Assembly (NCBI GenBank): GCA_024679065.1
Contig: JAGIQG010000016.1
Span: 13,144,001 to 13,208,000, forward strand
Direction of reading: 5' to 3'
Length of the DNA: 64,000 nucleotides
Source: Sphyrna mokarran
Lineage: Eukaryota
Under the pieces are notes generated by a model that had not been told where the DNA came from, did no database searches, and saw only the letters and a list, made by a program, of their open reading frames with translations. Numbering within the stretch: the stretch's first letter is position 1; each line of letters starts with the position of its first letter. Positions 1 through 13,589 of the stretch are shown in pieces. The position numbers and the translations under genes are program-made.

Positions 1-29
1 GCTGCCTGCTGCATTGATGCTAAGTGTAG

Positions 30-720
30 ATTAGAACATAGAACATAGAAAATTACAGCATCGTAAGGCCCTTCGACCCTCGACGTTCCTCCAACCTGTG
101 AAACCAAGCTAAAACTCATCTAAACTATACAACTCCAATATCATCCATATGTTTATCCAATGACCCTTTAAATGGCCTTAATGTTTGCGAGTCCACTGCT
201 GTTGCAAGCAAAGTATTCTATTCCATTTCTACTCTCAGAGTAAAGAAAATACCTCTCACATGTGTTCTATATCAATCACCCCAGTATTTAAAACAATGTC
301 CCCTCATGCTTGCCATCTCCTTGCGAGTAAAGAGGCTTTCACTGTCCACCTGATCTAAATTTTTTATCATATTATAGGCCTCTTAAGTCATCTCTTAACC
401 TTCTCTCGAACAAAACAACCTTAATCCATCAGCCTTTTTCTCATAAGCTATTCCCACTGTACCTGGCAATATCCTGATAAGAATCCTCTGCACTTCTTTC
501 AATGCTTCCACATCCTTCCTATAATGCGGCGACTAGAACTGTACGCAATACGCCCAAGTGCAGCCGCACCAGAGCTAAGTACAACATGACCTTATGGTTC
601 CGAAAATCAATGTCTTTACCAGAGACCAATGTCTTTACTAATACGCCTTCTTATCAATCCTATCAACCTGGGTGTCAACTTTTTGGGATCGATGCACATG
701 GACACCAAGTTTCCATCAGC
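30..720 (-). mobile_element. CR1/HER1-type LINE, 5'-truncated 3' fragment
   Basis: Starts with (TAGAACA)n, the reverse complement of the (TTCTATG)n tail. Continues with the 3' UTR and C-terminal ORF2 region (LVRxHL...YCVQF..PHY) seen in the intact-frame copy at 29108-30000. Confidence 0.9.
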
Positions 721-1084
721 TTCACAATAATGTTGTCTTTAAGTTGTACTTTTGAGTTTCTGCTGATGAAACAAAATAATTCGTCTCTGCGACGTTCTGA
801 GTTGTGTGATATGTTCAAATCTAGCGAAATATAGGACAGCGTTATTGCTACATATCTGAATTGCGGGTTGTTTACTCATATCTTCAGATATTAATTTCCC
901 TGTATTAGATTTGTACTGTAATCACTTCTGCCAATTCCTTCATAGTCACATGAATGAGCGAAGATTGTTGTAAAAAAATCCAAAGATCGTGTACCGCTCC
1001 TCGTCCACTCTCACTTTCCACACTTCCATCCCAAACGCAGCATATGCACTTTCAGAGGCCTAGTAGCTCGGAAACTCAGGGAAA

Positions 1085-1300
1085 CTTTCTGGGGATCAAC
1101 TTCAACTTTCGCCTCGGCCAATCATGAATTTCAGTTCAATAAAAATCTGGATATAATAACATCTGATGACCATAAAACAACCGTTGATTTTTTTCATAAA
1201 ATTTTAAACACTTTTCGTTCACTAATGTCCATGAGGAAAGGGTATGTTTTTTTTTTTAACCTCGCTACTGCATAACAACGTATCTGCACCTTCAGTGTTC
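1085..1300. mobile_element. Old SINE-like interspersed repeat (opposite orientation to the copies at 2030, 2925 and 18655)
   Basis: Contains 'ttcactaatgtccatgaggaaaggg' and 'aataaaaatctgga...tgaccataaaac', reverse complements of motifs in the 2925-3260 copy. Confidence 0.55.
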
Positions 1301-2029
1301 GCTGAAGACTGATATTGTATTTAGATTAGGAGACTACGTATAATATAAAGTAATCGCAGTCAGCAAATGGGATACTAACCGCTTCTTCATTCGTGTTCCA
1401 GCATCCAGGGCTCAATTTGTGCAACTGCTATCAAAATGTTTTCACAAGCAGAGGTGCTGATTAATAGTTTGTCCGCTGAGGAAGAGCGGTCAGTTGGACG
1501 TGAGTTCGGGTTGTGTGGATTCTGCAGTTTGTGGAGTAGCAGATACTTATATGCAGGAAATATCCTAGTCTACTTTTGGACAAACATCACCAGGTGTCAT
1601 CGGGATGTGAACCGATGCTGTGATAATGCACGGGTATCTCTACAGATTCAGTATCACAATGTGGGACCCCAAATGGCTGAAGTCTGTCAATTGTGTTGTG
1701 ATTAACCAAAGTTTAGCTGCAGTGCTAGCTCGGTATTTTCTTACAATGTATGAATGTGAGAAATGACTGTCGGAATTACTAAAGTACAGCACAGACAACC
1801 AAGTGTTTGTATCCACAACACCTGTTAGCAAGGAGGAATTTAAAGTGCCTCGGGATATTGCATTTCAATTGCCGACGCAAAGCGTGGCCAACATGCAGCA
1901 ATCCTCATTGTTTCGCCATTGTTTCACACTTCACTCAAAGTTGGAAGTATCTGGTTGGCTTGCTATGATCTTCTGAGCTTATTCACGGTCTTCGCATTGT
2001 TATCCAGTCACAATGATTTGTTTTTTTTT

Positions 2030-2400
2030 GTTATTTCGTTCTTGTGATGTGGGTGTTCGTATCTCGGACAACCAAATTGTCATCCATTCACCTCACCGCT
2101 TTGCACTAGTACGTTTGTCAGGAATTAAAAACAACTATTTTGCTGAAGATTGGGAGTCAAGTGTAGACCAGACCAGTTTGGGATAGAATTACTCTTCTCC
2201 AAATGACATGAGGTAAATGCCTATCGGAGGGAAAAAATGATTATGTCTTCTTGGTTATCATTTAGTTTTCAATTCCACATGCTGATCGAATCAAAACTTC
2301 AACTTTTTTGTGATGCTTTTTGAACCAGGGTCCAGCAAGATATTATTCTATCTCTGTGCATTACAAAACCAATGGCAATATAAGATACTTCCAACATTCC
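2030..2400. mobile_element. Old SINE-like interspersed repeat
   Basis: Shares 'ggagtca.atgt.g.ccagacca' and 't.gaacc.gggtcc..a.attatt' with 2925-3260 and 18655-19010. Confidence 0.6.
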
Positions 2401-2924
2401 CGTAAGACAGGCCACATAAGTCAGTTTGTCTTCCAGAAATGCACACATTCTGAATACATCGGGAAGTGGTTTCATTGTTTTAATATCAAGGGATCGTTCT
2501 GATCTGCCAAGTTTTGAATTTACTATGGATTATTAGTCCGCTGAAATTATCACACATTCCCGAGTACAACAACGCCCCACAAACCCACCGCCCCAATCCC
2601 AATAAAAGACACTCGCCGATTCCATTGAATTTCTTGAGCGAACATTCGAAGATTCTGACATTGTCTCCGAAGCGAATATATAAATTTCGTGTTTTCTACG
2701 ATATCAAACTTGAAGTAAGCACACAATATGTCGTTAGTCTACCCACGTGTGAGTTTCATAACCGGTCAAAATAGAAGTACTCGAAAAAGTAAGCGTTCAA
2801 TGCAAAAGCATGTCAATATCCACGGACAGCGAGAGCAAAGTTTGCATCGTGGATAAAATCAGTTTCTTTGGCGTGCAATGCCAATTCAGTGGCATATATT
2901 TGTGAGACAATTAAAAAAAAACTC

Positions 2925-3260
2925 TTTCGTTATTCCTTCTTGGAGCATGTATGCCGCTTTCTGAGTTAGCTTTATTGTCTAGCCGTTGCTGCCATTGGAT
3001 GGGGGTGGAGAATCAACCACACTGTTTTGGCTCTGGAGTCACATGTGGGCCAGACCACATGAGTGCATTAGTGAACCAAGTGAGTTGTCCTACATTCGAC
3101 AATGGTGTCATTTTCATCGGAAGATTCTGAATTCCAGATGTTAAAAAATAATCGAATTGTACCATTTGCCGTGGCGGGCATTAGATCCGGGTATCCAACA
3201 TATTCGTTGAGTTTCTGGGTTAATAGTTGAACGACAATACCACTGGTTCATCGTCTCCTC
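2925..3260. mobile_element. Old SINE-like interspersed repeat
   Basis: 'aatcaaccacactgttttggctctggagtcacatgtgggccagacc...cattagtgaacc' recurs in diverged form at 2030 and 18655, and inverted at 1085 and 44380. Confidence 0.65.
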
Positions 3261-4987
3261 TGTATTTTATTCATAATGCCACATATAATGTTGGCGAATA
3301 TCCGCTGGGTCACTCAAGGCATAATCTGCTGTGCTGCATGAATGCAGGAATTAAACGAGGCAGTTGTGACTGTAACAGCCTGCACATTACATGTGTGCAA
3401 AAATTCGGAGATTATATTTTTGTACAATCTTTGTTGTGTCTATTAGCTGTACTTAATACGCTTTAACATGACATCCAAGTAAGAAGTTAAGTCTCTCAAA
3501 ACATCCTACATTTACAACGGTATCAGTCATCAGTCAGTTCACTTTCGACGTTATAGGTTGGGGCGGGGGAGGGGGGAGAGGGATGGTGATTCTGATGTTC
3601 AGCTATTACTTAAATCACAGTTATCATTATCTGCAAACGAATCTGCCTACTTTAAGATTGATATGAATGTGAATCTGGAAAACAGCCCAAACATCTCCAA
3701 AAACCACCTCCTCCACCCCTCCAACTCAATCGCTCCTTGTACGAGAATATGCCGCTCCTTTGCCGTTATGAAGGATCAGATATAAACGGCAATATATGAA
3801 CGTGAGTGCTAAAATAGAACATCCTTCAGAAACTATTCAGCGTTTCAAACACATTCATTCTCTTTGCGTCTCCTTTACTTGAAAGAGGCGACATTGTGAT
3901 TTTTTTCGAGATGTTTCCACTTTTCCAATGCTGAAAAGAATATTGTGTCGCGGCATGGCAGCACCTGTAATTATTTACAGATACGCCAATCCTATGACTG
4001 GCGTATCACGCTGTCATAACATTTTGTTCGCTACTTATGTTATGTCGTAATTGCAAACCTCAGCAAATATGAGTTTTAGGAAATATATCCTATTCCATGC
4101 TTTCTGACAGATAAGCGACATTTTGCAACGGACTTGCTATTTTACCTTACCTGTGATTTCGGAATAGTTTCATGTGCCTTTTATTTAATTATTTTTCTGT
4201 CGAAGCTGCCCTTTGAACATAATTTCGTAGATTTTAAATGCTCAGAGATAAGCGAATGCAAATAATCTTGAAGAGTTAGAAGAGGAAAGGCATACCGAAT
4301 TTATACTCTCTCAGATGTTAGCTCGTCAATTTCATCAGCGCTACACGTTTAACAAATGTGAAAATGTTCAGACCAGGCGTTGTACCCTGTGCCATAGCCA
4401 TAATATTTTACCTTCTATCGACATCTTTATGAATTGCAATTTATCGCATACCTTGCATAAAATGCCCTTCGCTCATTACCCTTCCTGTTTAAGTAAGGGC
4501 CATAAGTTTCAGTTTCATGATGTCAAATTCAACTGCTCAAAAATTATCTTTAGTTTAAATTTGGTGATGAACGGTTATAAAGCAAAATTTGATCCCACCC
4601 CACCCCCCAGCCCCACCCCCGAGAACTAACACCGAAATACACAACCCAAAGTACTTCTTATCACATAATTTTTAAAATGTGTCTGTGAAGTAGCGGAACG
4701 TGATCTTCAGCAAAGTTGTTTTTTTAAAGCAAAATGCGTCCCTGAAACTCCAAAATCAGCATGCAATAATGTACGCTTCTATCAATGAACAAATCAAGCA
4801 AACAATGGAGAAACCAAACAAAGCCCTTCTAACTGATTGCTATTTCCCGCTAACACAATATTCTAATGATATAATGTTCAAATAAATACAATTCCCACAT
4901 AAGAACAAAAGTAGAATTCACTAAATTTTTAAAACGGAATATTTTAAAACCTGGAACTTTTTTTTCTTTTTGTTCCCTTGTACAAGA

Positions 4988-7900
4988 TCATAAGAAACAG
5001 GAGCACAATTGCGAGTCTCGGCCAAATGAGTCTGCTCCATTTCATGGTTGCATAGTTAATCATTTTCTCATTCCCAAGCTACTGTTTTTTTTCCATAACC
5101 CCTGATCTCCGATTAATCAAGAAACGATCTATGTATGTTTTAAAGACACTCAGTAACCTCGCCTTCACAGACTTCTGCGGCAAACATTACAGAAACCATT
5201 ACTCTGTGGCTGCAGAACGTCCAACTCATCTCTTTTTAACGATCGCTCCTTTAGCCTGAGTGTTTCGTCCCATTGAAAACGTACTCTCTACGTCCACTCC
5301 CTCCAAGCCTCGCAGAGTCCAGTAAATTGCAATAAAATACCACCTCACCTCTCCCCCTCCCCCGATCTCTTTCAACTCCGACAAATACAAACCCAGAGTT
5401 CTCACACGTTTCTCATGTAACAAGCTTTTCATTCCAGAGATCATTCGGGCGAACACGCTGTGGATCCTTCCCAAGACTAACACATCGTTCCTTGTATTCG
5501 GAGCCCAGGACTCATCACAATATTTCAAATGTGGTCTGACCAGAGCCTTATAAAATCTCAAAACTACATATTTGTTCTTGTATCCTTGCCCTTCCGAGAT
5601 GACGGTTCACAAAGGAGGTTGAATATCTTGTCAGGAGGAAAGAAAAATATGTAAGGATGAATAAACAACGTTCAGTTGGGTCACTTGAGGGTTACAAGGT
5701 ACCTAGGGATGAGTTAAAGAAAAGACTTAGGAAAGCTACGTGGGCATGAATAGTCCTTAGCGGATCAGATAATGGAAAACCCCAAGTGAAATAATCTTAT
5801 GTGAACAAAATAAAAAAAAAAGAACAGAGTGATGTTACGGCCAGTCAAGGATAGTAGTAGGAACGTGTGTATCGAGTCAGAAGAAATAGGTGAGGCATTG
5901 AATGAACACATTTCTTCAGTGTTCAGTAAGGAGGGGGGGCATATTTTTCATGATGATTGTGTGATAAAGGGCTGATGGGATGGAGAAGGTAGATGTTCTG
6001 ATGGAAGATGTATTAGCAATTTTGAAAAAAAAAAGGTCGCGAACTCCCCTGCGCCAGATTTGTTACATCCTAGGATACTTTGTGAGGAAAGGGATGAAAT
6101 TGTGGAGCCTTTAGTTTTGATTTTTGGGTCCTCCCTATCCATGCGGATTGTGTCGGAGGACTGGAGAGTGGTGAACGTTGTTCTTCTCTTCAAGAAAGGA
6201 AATATGAATGACCTCGTAATAATAGGCCAATTAGTCTTACTTCAGTGGTCGGTAAGTGAATAGAAAGGGTTTTGAGAAATAGGATTTATAACCATTTGGA
6301 AAGATGCATCTAATTCTGGGATAGTCAGCTGGGTTTCGTTAGAGGTAAGTCCTGCCTCACAAACTTGATTGAATTATTTGTGGCGATAGCTAAGTGTGTA
6401 GACAAAGTAGCAGTTGATGCTGTGTACATGGATTTTAGTAAGGCATTTGATAAAGTTCCCCATGGTAGGCTCATGAAGAAGGTGAGGAGGTGTGGGATAG
6501 AAGGAAATTTGACTGAATGAATAAGTAACTGGCTGCCTCATTGAAGACCAAAGGAGATGGTGATGGGAGGAAAATGTTCAGACTGGAGGCCAGTTAGAGC
6601 AATATACCACAGGGGTCACGATTGCGTCGTCTTCTATTTGTGATTTTTATGAACGACTTGGAAGGTGGGGGGGGGGGGGGGGGGGGGACCGATGAAGAGT
6701 AGGTTAATAAATTTGCTGAAGGTATCAAGATTTGTTGAGTAGTGGATGAGGTGAAGGGCTCTTGCAGGCTGCAAAGACGCATTGATAGAATGCAGATTTG
6801 GGTCAAAAAGTGGCAGATTGAGTTTAACTCTGATAAATGTCATGTGATTCGTTTTGGAAGGAAATACTTGAATGCCGAATAAAGGGTCAACAGGAGGGCT
6901 GTACGGAAGGTGGAGGAACTGATATATCGTGGCGTTCATATTGACAGACCTCTGAAGGTTCCACCCAAATGAATAAAGCCGTGAAGAAGGCTTATAGTGT
7001 GTTAACCTTTATTAACTGGTATTTGAGTTTAAGGGCCGTGGACTTATGCTGTAACTATATCGGGTCTTGGGGAGACCACATTTGGAATATTGTGTGCAGT
7101 TCTAGTCACTTCACTATAAGAAGGATGTGGAAGAGAGTCTAGAGGAGATTTGCCAGGCAGCTACTTGGCTTGGATTGTAAGTCTTGTCAGGAAAGGTTGA
7201 TGTAGCTGGGGCTTTTCTATTCAGAGCGGAGGAGGATGATAGGCGACTTAATAAAAGTTTATAAGATGATGAAGAGAATAGATAAATTGAAAGTGCAGAG
7301 ACTATTTACTCGGGTGGATATAGCTGTTACAAGGGGGCATAACTATAAGTTTCATGGTGGCAGATATAAGAGGGAGGTCCGAGGTAGATTCTTCACTCAG
7401 AGTGGCTGGGGCGTGGAATACACTGCCTGCTGTGTAAGTGGAGTCGGACAGTTTAGGAATTTCCAAACGGTTATTGAATAGGCATACGGAACGCACCAGA
7501 ATGATAGTGAGTGGGATAATTTGATCTTGGGTTGGATATAGTTCGACACATCATTGAAGGGCAAAGGGGGTGTAATGTTCTATATTGTCTATGTTTCTAC
7601 GAATCCGAACATTGCATTTGTATTCCTCATTGCCGATAGGAGCTGCAAGTTATCCTTAAGAGAATATTGACCAAGGACTCCCAAACACCCATGTGCTCCT
7701 GATTTCCAAAGCATTGTCCATTTAGAACACATTCTACTTCTCCATTTCTCCTACAAAAATGCATAGCCTCACATGTTTCCATATTGTATTCCATCTGCCA
7801 TTTCGCTTATTTTCTAATCTTTCTAAATTCATCTTCAGCTGCCCCGATTCTTCAATCCTACCCGTCACTCGACATATCTTTGCATCATCTTCAAACTTCG

Positions 7901-8200
7901 CAACAGTGCCCTTAGTTCCTTCTTGCAAATCGTTAATGCATGTTGTGAAAATTCCTAGTCACAGTACAGAGGCATAACGCTAGTCACTGGCTGCCAAACT
8001 GAAAACACTTCTTCATCCTCACTATCTGCCTTCTGCCAGTCAGCCAATCTCTAGCTATGCCCGTGTTGGACCATTAACACCGTGGATTCTTAACTTATTT
8101 AACAGTTCCCTACGTGGTGCCATGTCAAAGGCCATTAGGACATGTAAATAAATCATGTCTACAGCTTCTCCTTTATCTAGCTTCTTTGGTAACTCCTCAA
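4988..8200 (-). mobile_element. Older CR1-type LINE (pieces about 4988-5602 and 7598-8200) split by a nested CR1
   Basis: ORF 5226..5561 (YKALVRPHLKYC..WAP) and ORF 7734..7928 (GTVAKFEDDAKI, degenerate KFADD). The two pieces join into the uninterrupted paralog at 26055-27350. Confidence 0.85.
5603..7598 (+). mobile_element. CR1-type LINE ORF2 (RT) fragment of about 2 kb, nested, frameshifted
   Basis: Peptides LHPRILCEERDEIVEPL, WRVVNVVLLFKKG, DAVYMDFSKAFDKVPHGRL and GDLIKVYKMMK...RGHNYK. Ends in a ttctat-type tail. Confidence 0.92.
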
Positions 8201-8286
8201 TGTATGTTCTCTAGGTGGTCCTTTCTCCAAGACATAGCTGAAGCTGTAAGAACCACCGATTTATTCGAAATGCAATGCAAGCCAGA

Positions 8287-8370
8287 GTCAGAGAAAGGGA
8301 GAGAGAGGGAATGAGGGAGAGGGGAAGCTGATGGAGACAGACAGAGAGAGAGAGAGAGAGAGAGGGAAGA
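8287..8370. repeat. (GA)n microsatellite
   Basis: gagagagaga tract. A paralogous CT/GA tract lies at 27423-27488. Confidence 0.9.
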
Positions 8371-8399
8371 GCTCTGACAGCGGTGCCGTGAGGTTTTAG

Positions 8400-9875
8400 C
8401 TCGGGCAGGCTGCAGTAACACAATCATTACTTTTAGCCCACTGCTTTCTTCTTTTCATGCAGATCATGACGCAAAACGTTATTGATCATGTAAGTGAATG
8501 GGCGAGGTTTTAAATCTTGCCACATTCTTCGTTCAATAGTGCTGGAAAAATAATCAATTTCTTTGAAAGGCTCTGCCCCACAAATATCCGCATCCAAAAT
8601 TACTCGATGTTCGTCGGGACGGGTGAAGCATCAGTGAATATTACATTTTTACAGCATTTGCATAGTTCTTCAGCCTGAAGTCTCTGGTTCAGTGTTCCAT
8701 GTTTGACTGTGCCGCTGGTCCCTAGCATCATATAGGCAAATCTTCAACCAATTTAATTCAATTTTTTTTATTTCAAGAACAGGGTGAATTCATTGGTCAC
8801 TGCGTGATCTGCAAGCTCCCATAAAATTCCGACAATAATAATGTGTATCTTCCTCCAAACTGCAAGGTTCTGAGTCAGGGTGCTTCAGTAAGTATCTTCC
8901 TTCCATTACAATGCAGAAGGCAAGAATTTGGTTAATAATGGTACGACGTTTGACACCCTTTGGGATATTGAAACTTTCAAAGTCTAAATGCAGGAGGACC
9001 TGGACAACATACACGTTTGGGCTTACAAATCGGAAGTTCACTTCACGTCTTACAGTGAATATATATAGAGCATTAGAAGATATAATATGAACATCATAAC
9101 ATGACATTCAATGACACTTGAAACATTGAATTCCTCATTGTCAAAATCCTCCGGTTCGTCGTTTTCCAGAAAATAAATGAAGGAGTCCACTGAATTACTG
9201 TTGTTGCAAGATTTCACCATATATGAGGAATCATTCAACACATGCCTCACAAAAGTTTCCACAATCTTTAAGGCACAATTTAAGAGCTGATTAACTGCTG
9301 GATGCGTGCAACTCCTACTTCGTCCAAGGCGCATCACTTCACGCAAAAAAAAAGACAGCCACGTGATTGGCTTTCCTTGCATAAGCATTGAACGCATTCA
9401 GCACAGATGCGCAGTTGTCGATATGTGTGGCATATCTCATTTGATAACACCTTTCAAACGCATTACCAAAACGATCATCAAGGACAGTATCTGCAGAACC
9501 TCCGGAAAATCACTTTCCAGGCGTTCCATTCCAACGCATTCAAAGTTCGGACTTGCAGATATATCACTATTTCTCCACATTTCCTGACGGCTTCCCGAGC
9601 AGCATCTTGACAACGCGTATATCACATCGACAGCAGGTATTCATGAAAACAGTACAACGTTCACTTTTCAGTGGTAATGGAGGAACCTTGAAGAATATTC
9701 AAGGATATTCGAAATCACTGTTGATGGGGAGTGGCCCGAAGATCACAGTGGTGACATCTGAAACAAAGCAAATGTAGCAGGTAAAGAGGACTGGGTTCAA
9801 CGGTACTGGAAGTGCCGACGACTTCCAGAATACCAAAGCCGGTGCCGCTCGCTAGGTTGGTCTGCTCTTTCAGAT
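8400..9875 (-). pseudogene. Decayed member of unidentified family A (stops and frameshifts)
   Basis: Acceptor ...aaatttcag at 9876. Frame fragments LKEQTNLASGTGFG..., EYP*IFFKVPPLPL, ORFs 9050-9397 and 8790-9107 (FESFNIPKG, YLLKHP), KLIIFQHY*TKNV and LLQPARAK. These motifs recur in other copies. Confidence 0.65.
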
Positions 9876-9939
9876 CTGAAATTTAAATATGGAAACATTA
9901 TTATTAAATTGTAGAATAACAAACACATACTCAATTTTC

Positions 9940-11250
9940 AAGATTTTTCCTTAACTCCTATGCTTTGTCACTTGTCTCCCTTTTTGTTTTTCTCTGTTAT
10001 GCAATCATTCACAAACAGGCAACAGCAGCATATAGTTCATTATCAATGTCCTATGAAATGAGTAGATATTTCGTCTGTTTCCTCCGTAATGAAATAAAAC
10101 TCCGCAACAACCTGATGCCGAGATAAATATAAATAGCAAATAAGACTTCCTCCGACTCATCCACAAAACGACCAATCTCTCCACGACACAGTTGGTTCTC
10201 AAGTAGTCACATTGCTAGGATATATCTTAACCTTGGGAGAAAAAAAATGATTCCATAAATAGTTCCAAAATCGATGAGAAAGGAGGCATGATGTTGATTT
10301 TTTTCTTTCGTGGAAAGCATCAGACGTGCAGTTATAATGAATCTTATAATATAACAGCATTCTGCAATAGAAAACGGAGATGATTTATCGGAAAGTGTTT
10401 CTTATTGTTAGAGACGTTAGCACTAACGAGACGACGAAATGAAGGTTTTCCGGCACTTTTTTAACATCGGAGTAGGGATGTTACGTTTGCTTTGTGGAAT
10501 CGTTCCCTACATAATATGACTTGAACAGTTTATGACAAATATCTTGGTACCTGAAACCATAAATCTTGGACGTGTCATTTTTGCTTGTGAAGTCGATGTG
10601 AACTACATTGGTAGATTGGCATTGATTTTAGGATGATTGTCATTTAATCAGACCAGACCAGATTGTTTCTTAACAAATATATAGTTATGTAATGAATTCT
10701 AGTTTGGGGCACCAACTTCGCTGCGTTGACGTCATTGTTCAGGTTCTGTGTGCTTGATACCACAAACAAAAGTACAGCGCCATTTGAATTAATCTAGCGC
10801 GTTTTGGGACGCAAGTCCAAAAGGCCTGTCAACACAGACGCATTGAATCGCGTGCACAATATTATTGATTGACTGGAGGTTCAATGGCCCTTGCTTTGCC
10901 ACTTTAGTAGTTGACGATTAGACTCTTGCTTCCGCGATTTTAATGCTGTATCAAATGTCAGCTTACAGTTTTCTCAAAAAAAAGTTTGAGATCGATCATT
11001 TTTCCCCCAGGCAGATCTGAGATATACGTATGCTTGTTTTACCACCATTGTTGCGGCGGGAGGGCAGATCAAAAATAATTAACACATATAGCTATCAATG
11101 ACTTGGTCAGGCAGACAATATTCGGGAAAATTCAGTTGATGCAATTGTAAACCTTGATAGAATGAACTAGAAACTGGTGGTTTCGAATTAAAATCCAAGA
11201 AATGCAATTACCTGCACAGTCAATAAGATTTGTTTTCGAATGTGAGTCCT
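9940..11250 (-). pseudogene. Decayed family A member, C-terminal part (paralog of 16390-18012)
   Basis: Minus-strand peptides HKLFKSYYVG, FFSPKVK, EEVLFAIYIYLGI and QRKTKRETSDKA parallel EIIRKYWDG, FSPKF, AFLTLLLYFPI and MKRRFRKTSEKN of the 16.4-18 kb copy. Confidence 0.5.
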
Positions 11251-11257
11251 GAAATTA

Positions 11258-11540
11258 AGAACATAACAGCATAAGAAATAGTCGCAGGAGTAGGCCATCT
11301 AGCCCCTTGAGCCTGCCCCGCCATTCAATAAGATCATCACTGATCTGAAGTGGATCAGTTCCACCTCCCCGCTTTATCCTCATAACTCTTAATTCCCTTG
11401 CCTGTTAGAAACCTATCTACACTTGACTTAAATATGTTCAGTGAGATAATCTCCGCCACTTTAACTGGCAGAGAATTCCAAAGATTCACCACCCTTTGAG
11501 TGAAGAAGTTCCTCCTCAACTCCGATCTCGTTGTGGCTGA
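11258..11540 (-). mobile_element. CR1-type LINE 3' fragment
   Basis: ORF 11355..11639 contains RSELRRNFFTQRVVNLWNSLP. A (CATAAGA)-type tail is at the left end. Confidence 0.9.
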
Positions 11541-11954
11541 TCCGAAATTACCGGATAACCTAGGACAGGAAATGTGCCAGAATGAATGCAAAATAAACAT
11601 TTGTTTGTGCCTGGTTGATTTGCAACACATGGAACTCACATTGCTAAAGCAACTTTAGCGCAATGTACATACCGGACACAAAAGTGAATTCAAAATTGAA
11701 TGGGTATTGTAAGATCTCTATTTACTTTCATATCTCAGCACTGACGACATGGCTGTATATTCTTGGCTGGTAATAAATGATTGTCGCGAAGGGAATTGTC
11801 CATCGCTGGCGAACCCTATCTGTACACGCCAATGACTGACACATGTTCATTTGTTTAACGTGCAGTATGGCGTGTTTATGATCTTCGTCCTCAGTTTATT
11901 TTATGTGTTGGCTGTTCTTTATTTTTTGCAGTCTCTGTCATCAATGGAAACGTT

Positions 11955-12268
11955 TTACGTGGCACACTGGTTAGCACTGATCTCTCATAGTGCCAGGGAC
12001 CCAGGTTCAATTCCAACCTTGGGTCACTGCCTGTGTGCAATTTGTACTTTCCCTTTGTATCTGCCTGTATTTCCTTCTGGTGTTACGGTTTCCCCGCACA
12101 ATCCAAGGATATGATGATTAGGTTGGTTTGGCTTTTAAAATTGACCCTGTTGTCATGGGGTTAGTCGGGTAAGTGTGCTGGGTACGGGAATTGGGCCTTG
12201 GAAGAATTGTGATCGGTACACATTTTATGGGCCGAACGGCCTCCTTCTGTACTGTGGCATTCTATTTT
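11955..12268 (+). mobile_element. tRNA-derived SINE, HE1/V-SINE type
   Basis: A-box-like 'tggcacactggttagcact', B-box 'ggttcaattcc', V-domain-like core 'ggtttcccc.cacaatccaaggat' and CR1-derived 3' tail 'atgggccgaacggcctccttctgtactgt'. Confidence 0.85.
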
Positions 12269-13134
12269 TTTTAATGAACTACTTGATTTATCTTGGACAT
12301 TTGTTTTGGAACATGTATTTGCATAAACTAATGTAGTACAATCGCACAATTGCTTACAACTGTTCAAGAAATAATTGTAGGGTTACTCGCACTGATTGCA
12401 GTGAACTTGCACTGCGTCCCGTCAAGAGAAATAAATAGTATTCAGCTGCCGTTCCTATAACAGACAGCATGAATCTAAATTTACTCATGCTGAGATGTAC
12501 CAAATTTATATTTGTCCTACAAAACAACTGAAATAAATTTGAAAGTGTGTCATTTATTGCATTGTTTGTTCTGTACTCTAATTGTTCATAATGAATTTTA
12601 ACAGAAAAAAAAGTGGAATTAAAAGATCACGGTAATTGCATTCGATCTTAGAATTTGACAGTGACAAAAAGAAATTAAGGCTTTCTTATTTGCATTTGGT
12701 AATTCAAAGCATAAGTAATTCCATTTATAGAATGCCTCCGTTTTGACATTAAACAAAGTAAGACGGGGAGTCCATCTATTTTTTTTTAATGCACTGATAC
12801 GCTGTTTTTACTCCAGTGGTAATTTTAAAGTGTAGTATAGTTTGCATCATTTCATCTTGTTTTGGTTTGATTATTTGCTGCTGCCGGCACACTTTGAAAT
12901 AGGCGTCAGGTCTATTTGCATCCATATTACAGGCAAGTGCCGAGGTCACTTTGCATGGGCGATACGGCGTGTATAGATTGTATTATTATCATTTTAATCC
13001 TGACATTTATAAGTTAAAACCTAATATCTTCACAGCCTCATTTTAGTTATGTTGCTGTGCGTTACAAAATAACACTACAAAACTGTGTATCAGTATACAG
13101 GAAAATATTAAAGTTCAGTGGACTTCGGCGTTTG

Positions 13135-13420
13135 CTAGCCTTTGCTAGCACGAGGGGACACAGCTTTAAATTAAGGGGTATGAGTTATAGGACGGATATC
13201 AGAGGTAGGTTCTTTACTCAAAGAGTGATTAGGGAGTGGAATGCCCTGCCTGCAGCTGTTGTAGATGCGCCAAGTTTGGTGGCGTTTAAGAGGTTAATTG
13301 ATAAGTATATGGAAGAGAAGGGAATGGTTTAGTTTGGAGGGGCATTGCTTTTTATTTTGGTCGGCACAACATCGAAGACCGAAGGGCCTGTTCTGTGCTG
13401 TAATGTTCTATGTTCTATGT
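13135..13420 (+). mobile_element. CR1-type LINE 3' fragment
   Basis: STRGHSFKLRG.SYRTDIRGRFFTQRVIREWNALP followed by a (TTCTATG)n tail. Confidence 0.92.
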
Positions 13421-13589
13421 TTGTATCTGCAGATCAATGAACGGGGCAGGGAAATAACGTAATGCGTGCATTTATTAAACGAAGTATAGAACACAAGATG
13501 GCGTGCTGCAACAGAGGGAAAAACACACTTTTGAGGCGACATTTTAAGGACAGCGTGAAGTTTCTTTGGCTGCATATTTAAAGGAGAGA

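Larger units (their letters stand above)
4020..8560. repeat. Local segmental duplication, copy 1 (paralogous to about 22975-27700)
   Basis: Colinear matches to copy 2: 'taattgcaaa.ctcagcaaata', 'ccttacctgtgatttcg', 'gcataccgaa', a C-rich tract, 'caaaatcagcatg', a CR1 at the same position and 'gacatagctg...tcgaaatgcaat' followed by (GA)n. Confidence 0.85.

Noticed and set aside
720-3990. Further array members in the first 4 kb (for example minus-strand 3270-3630)
   Set aside because: The texture is similar and SPNFC occurs, but I could not establish a frame or significant motif match by eye.
11955-12030. tRNA gene
   Set aside because: The A and B boxes run into a SINE core and LINE tail, with no complete cloverleaf.
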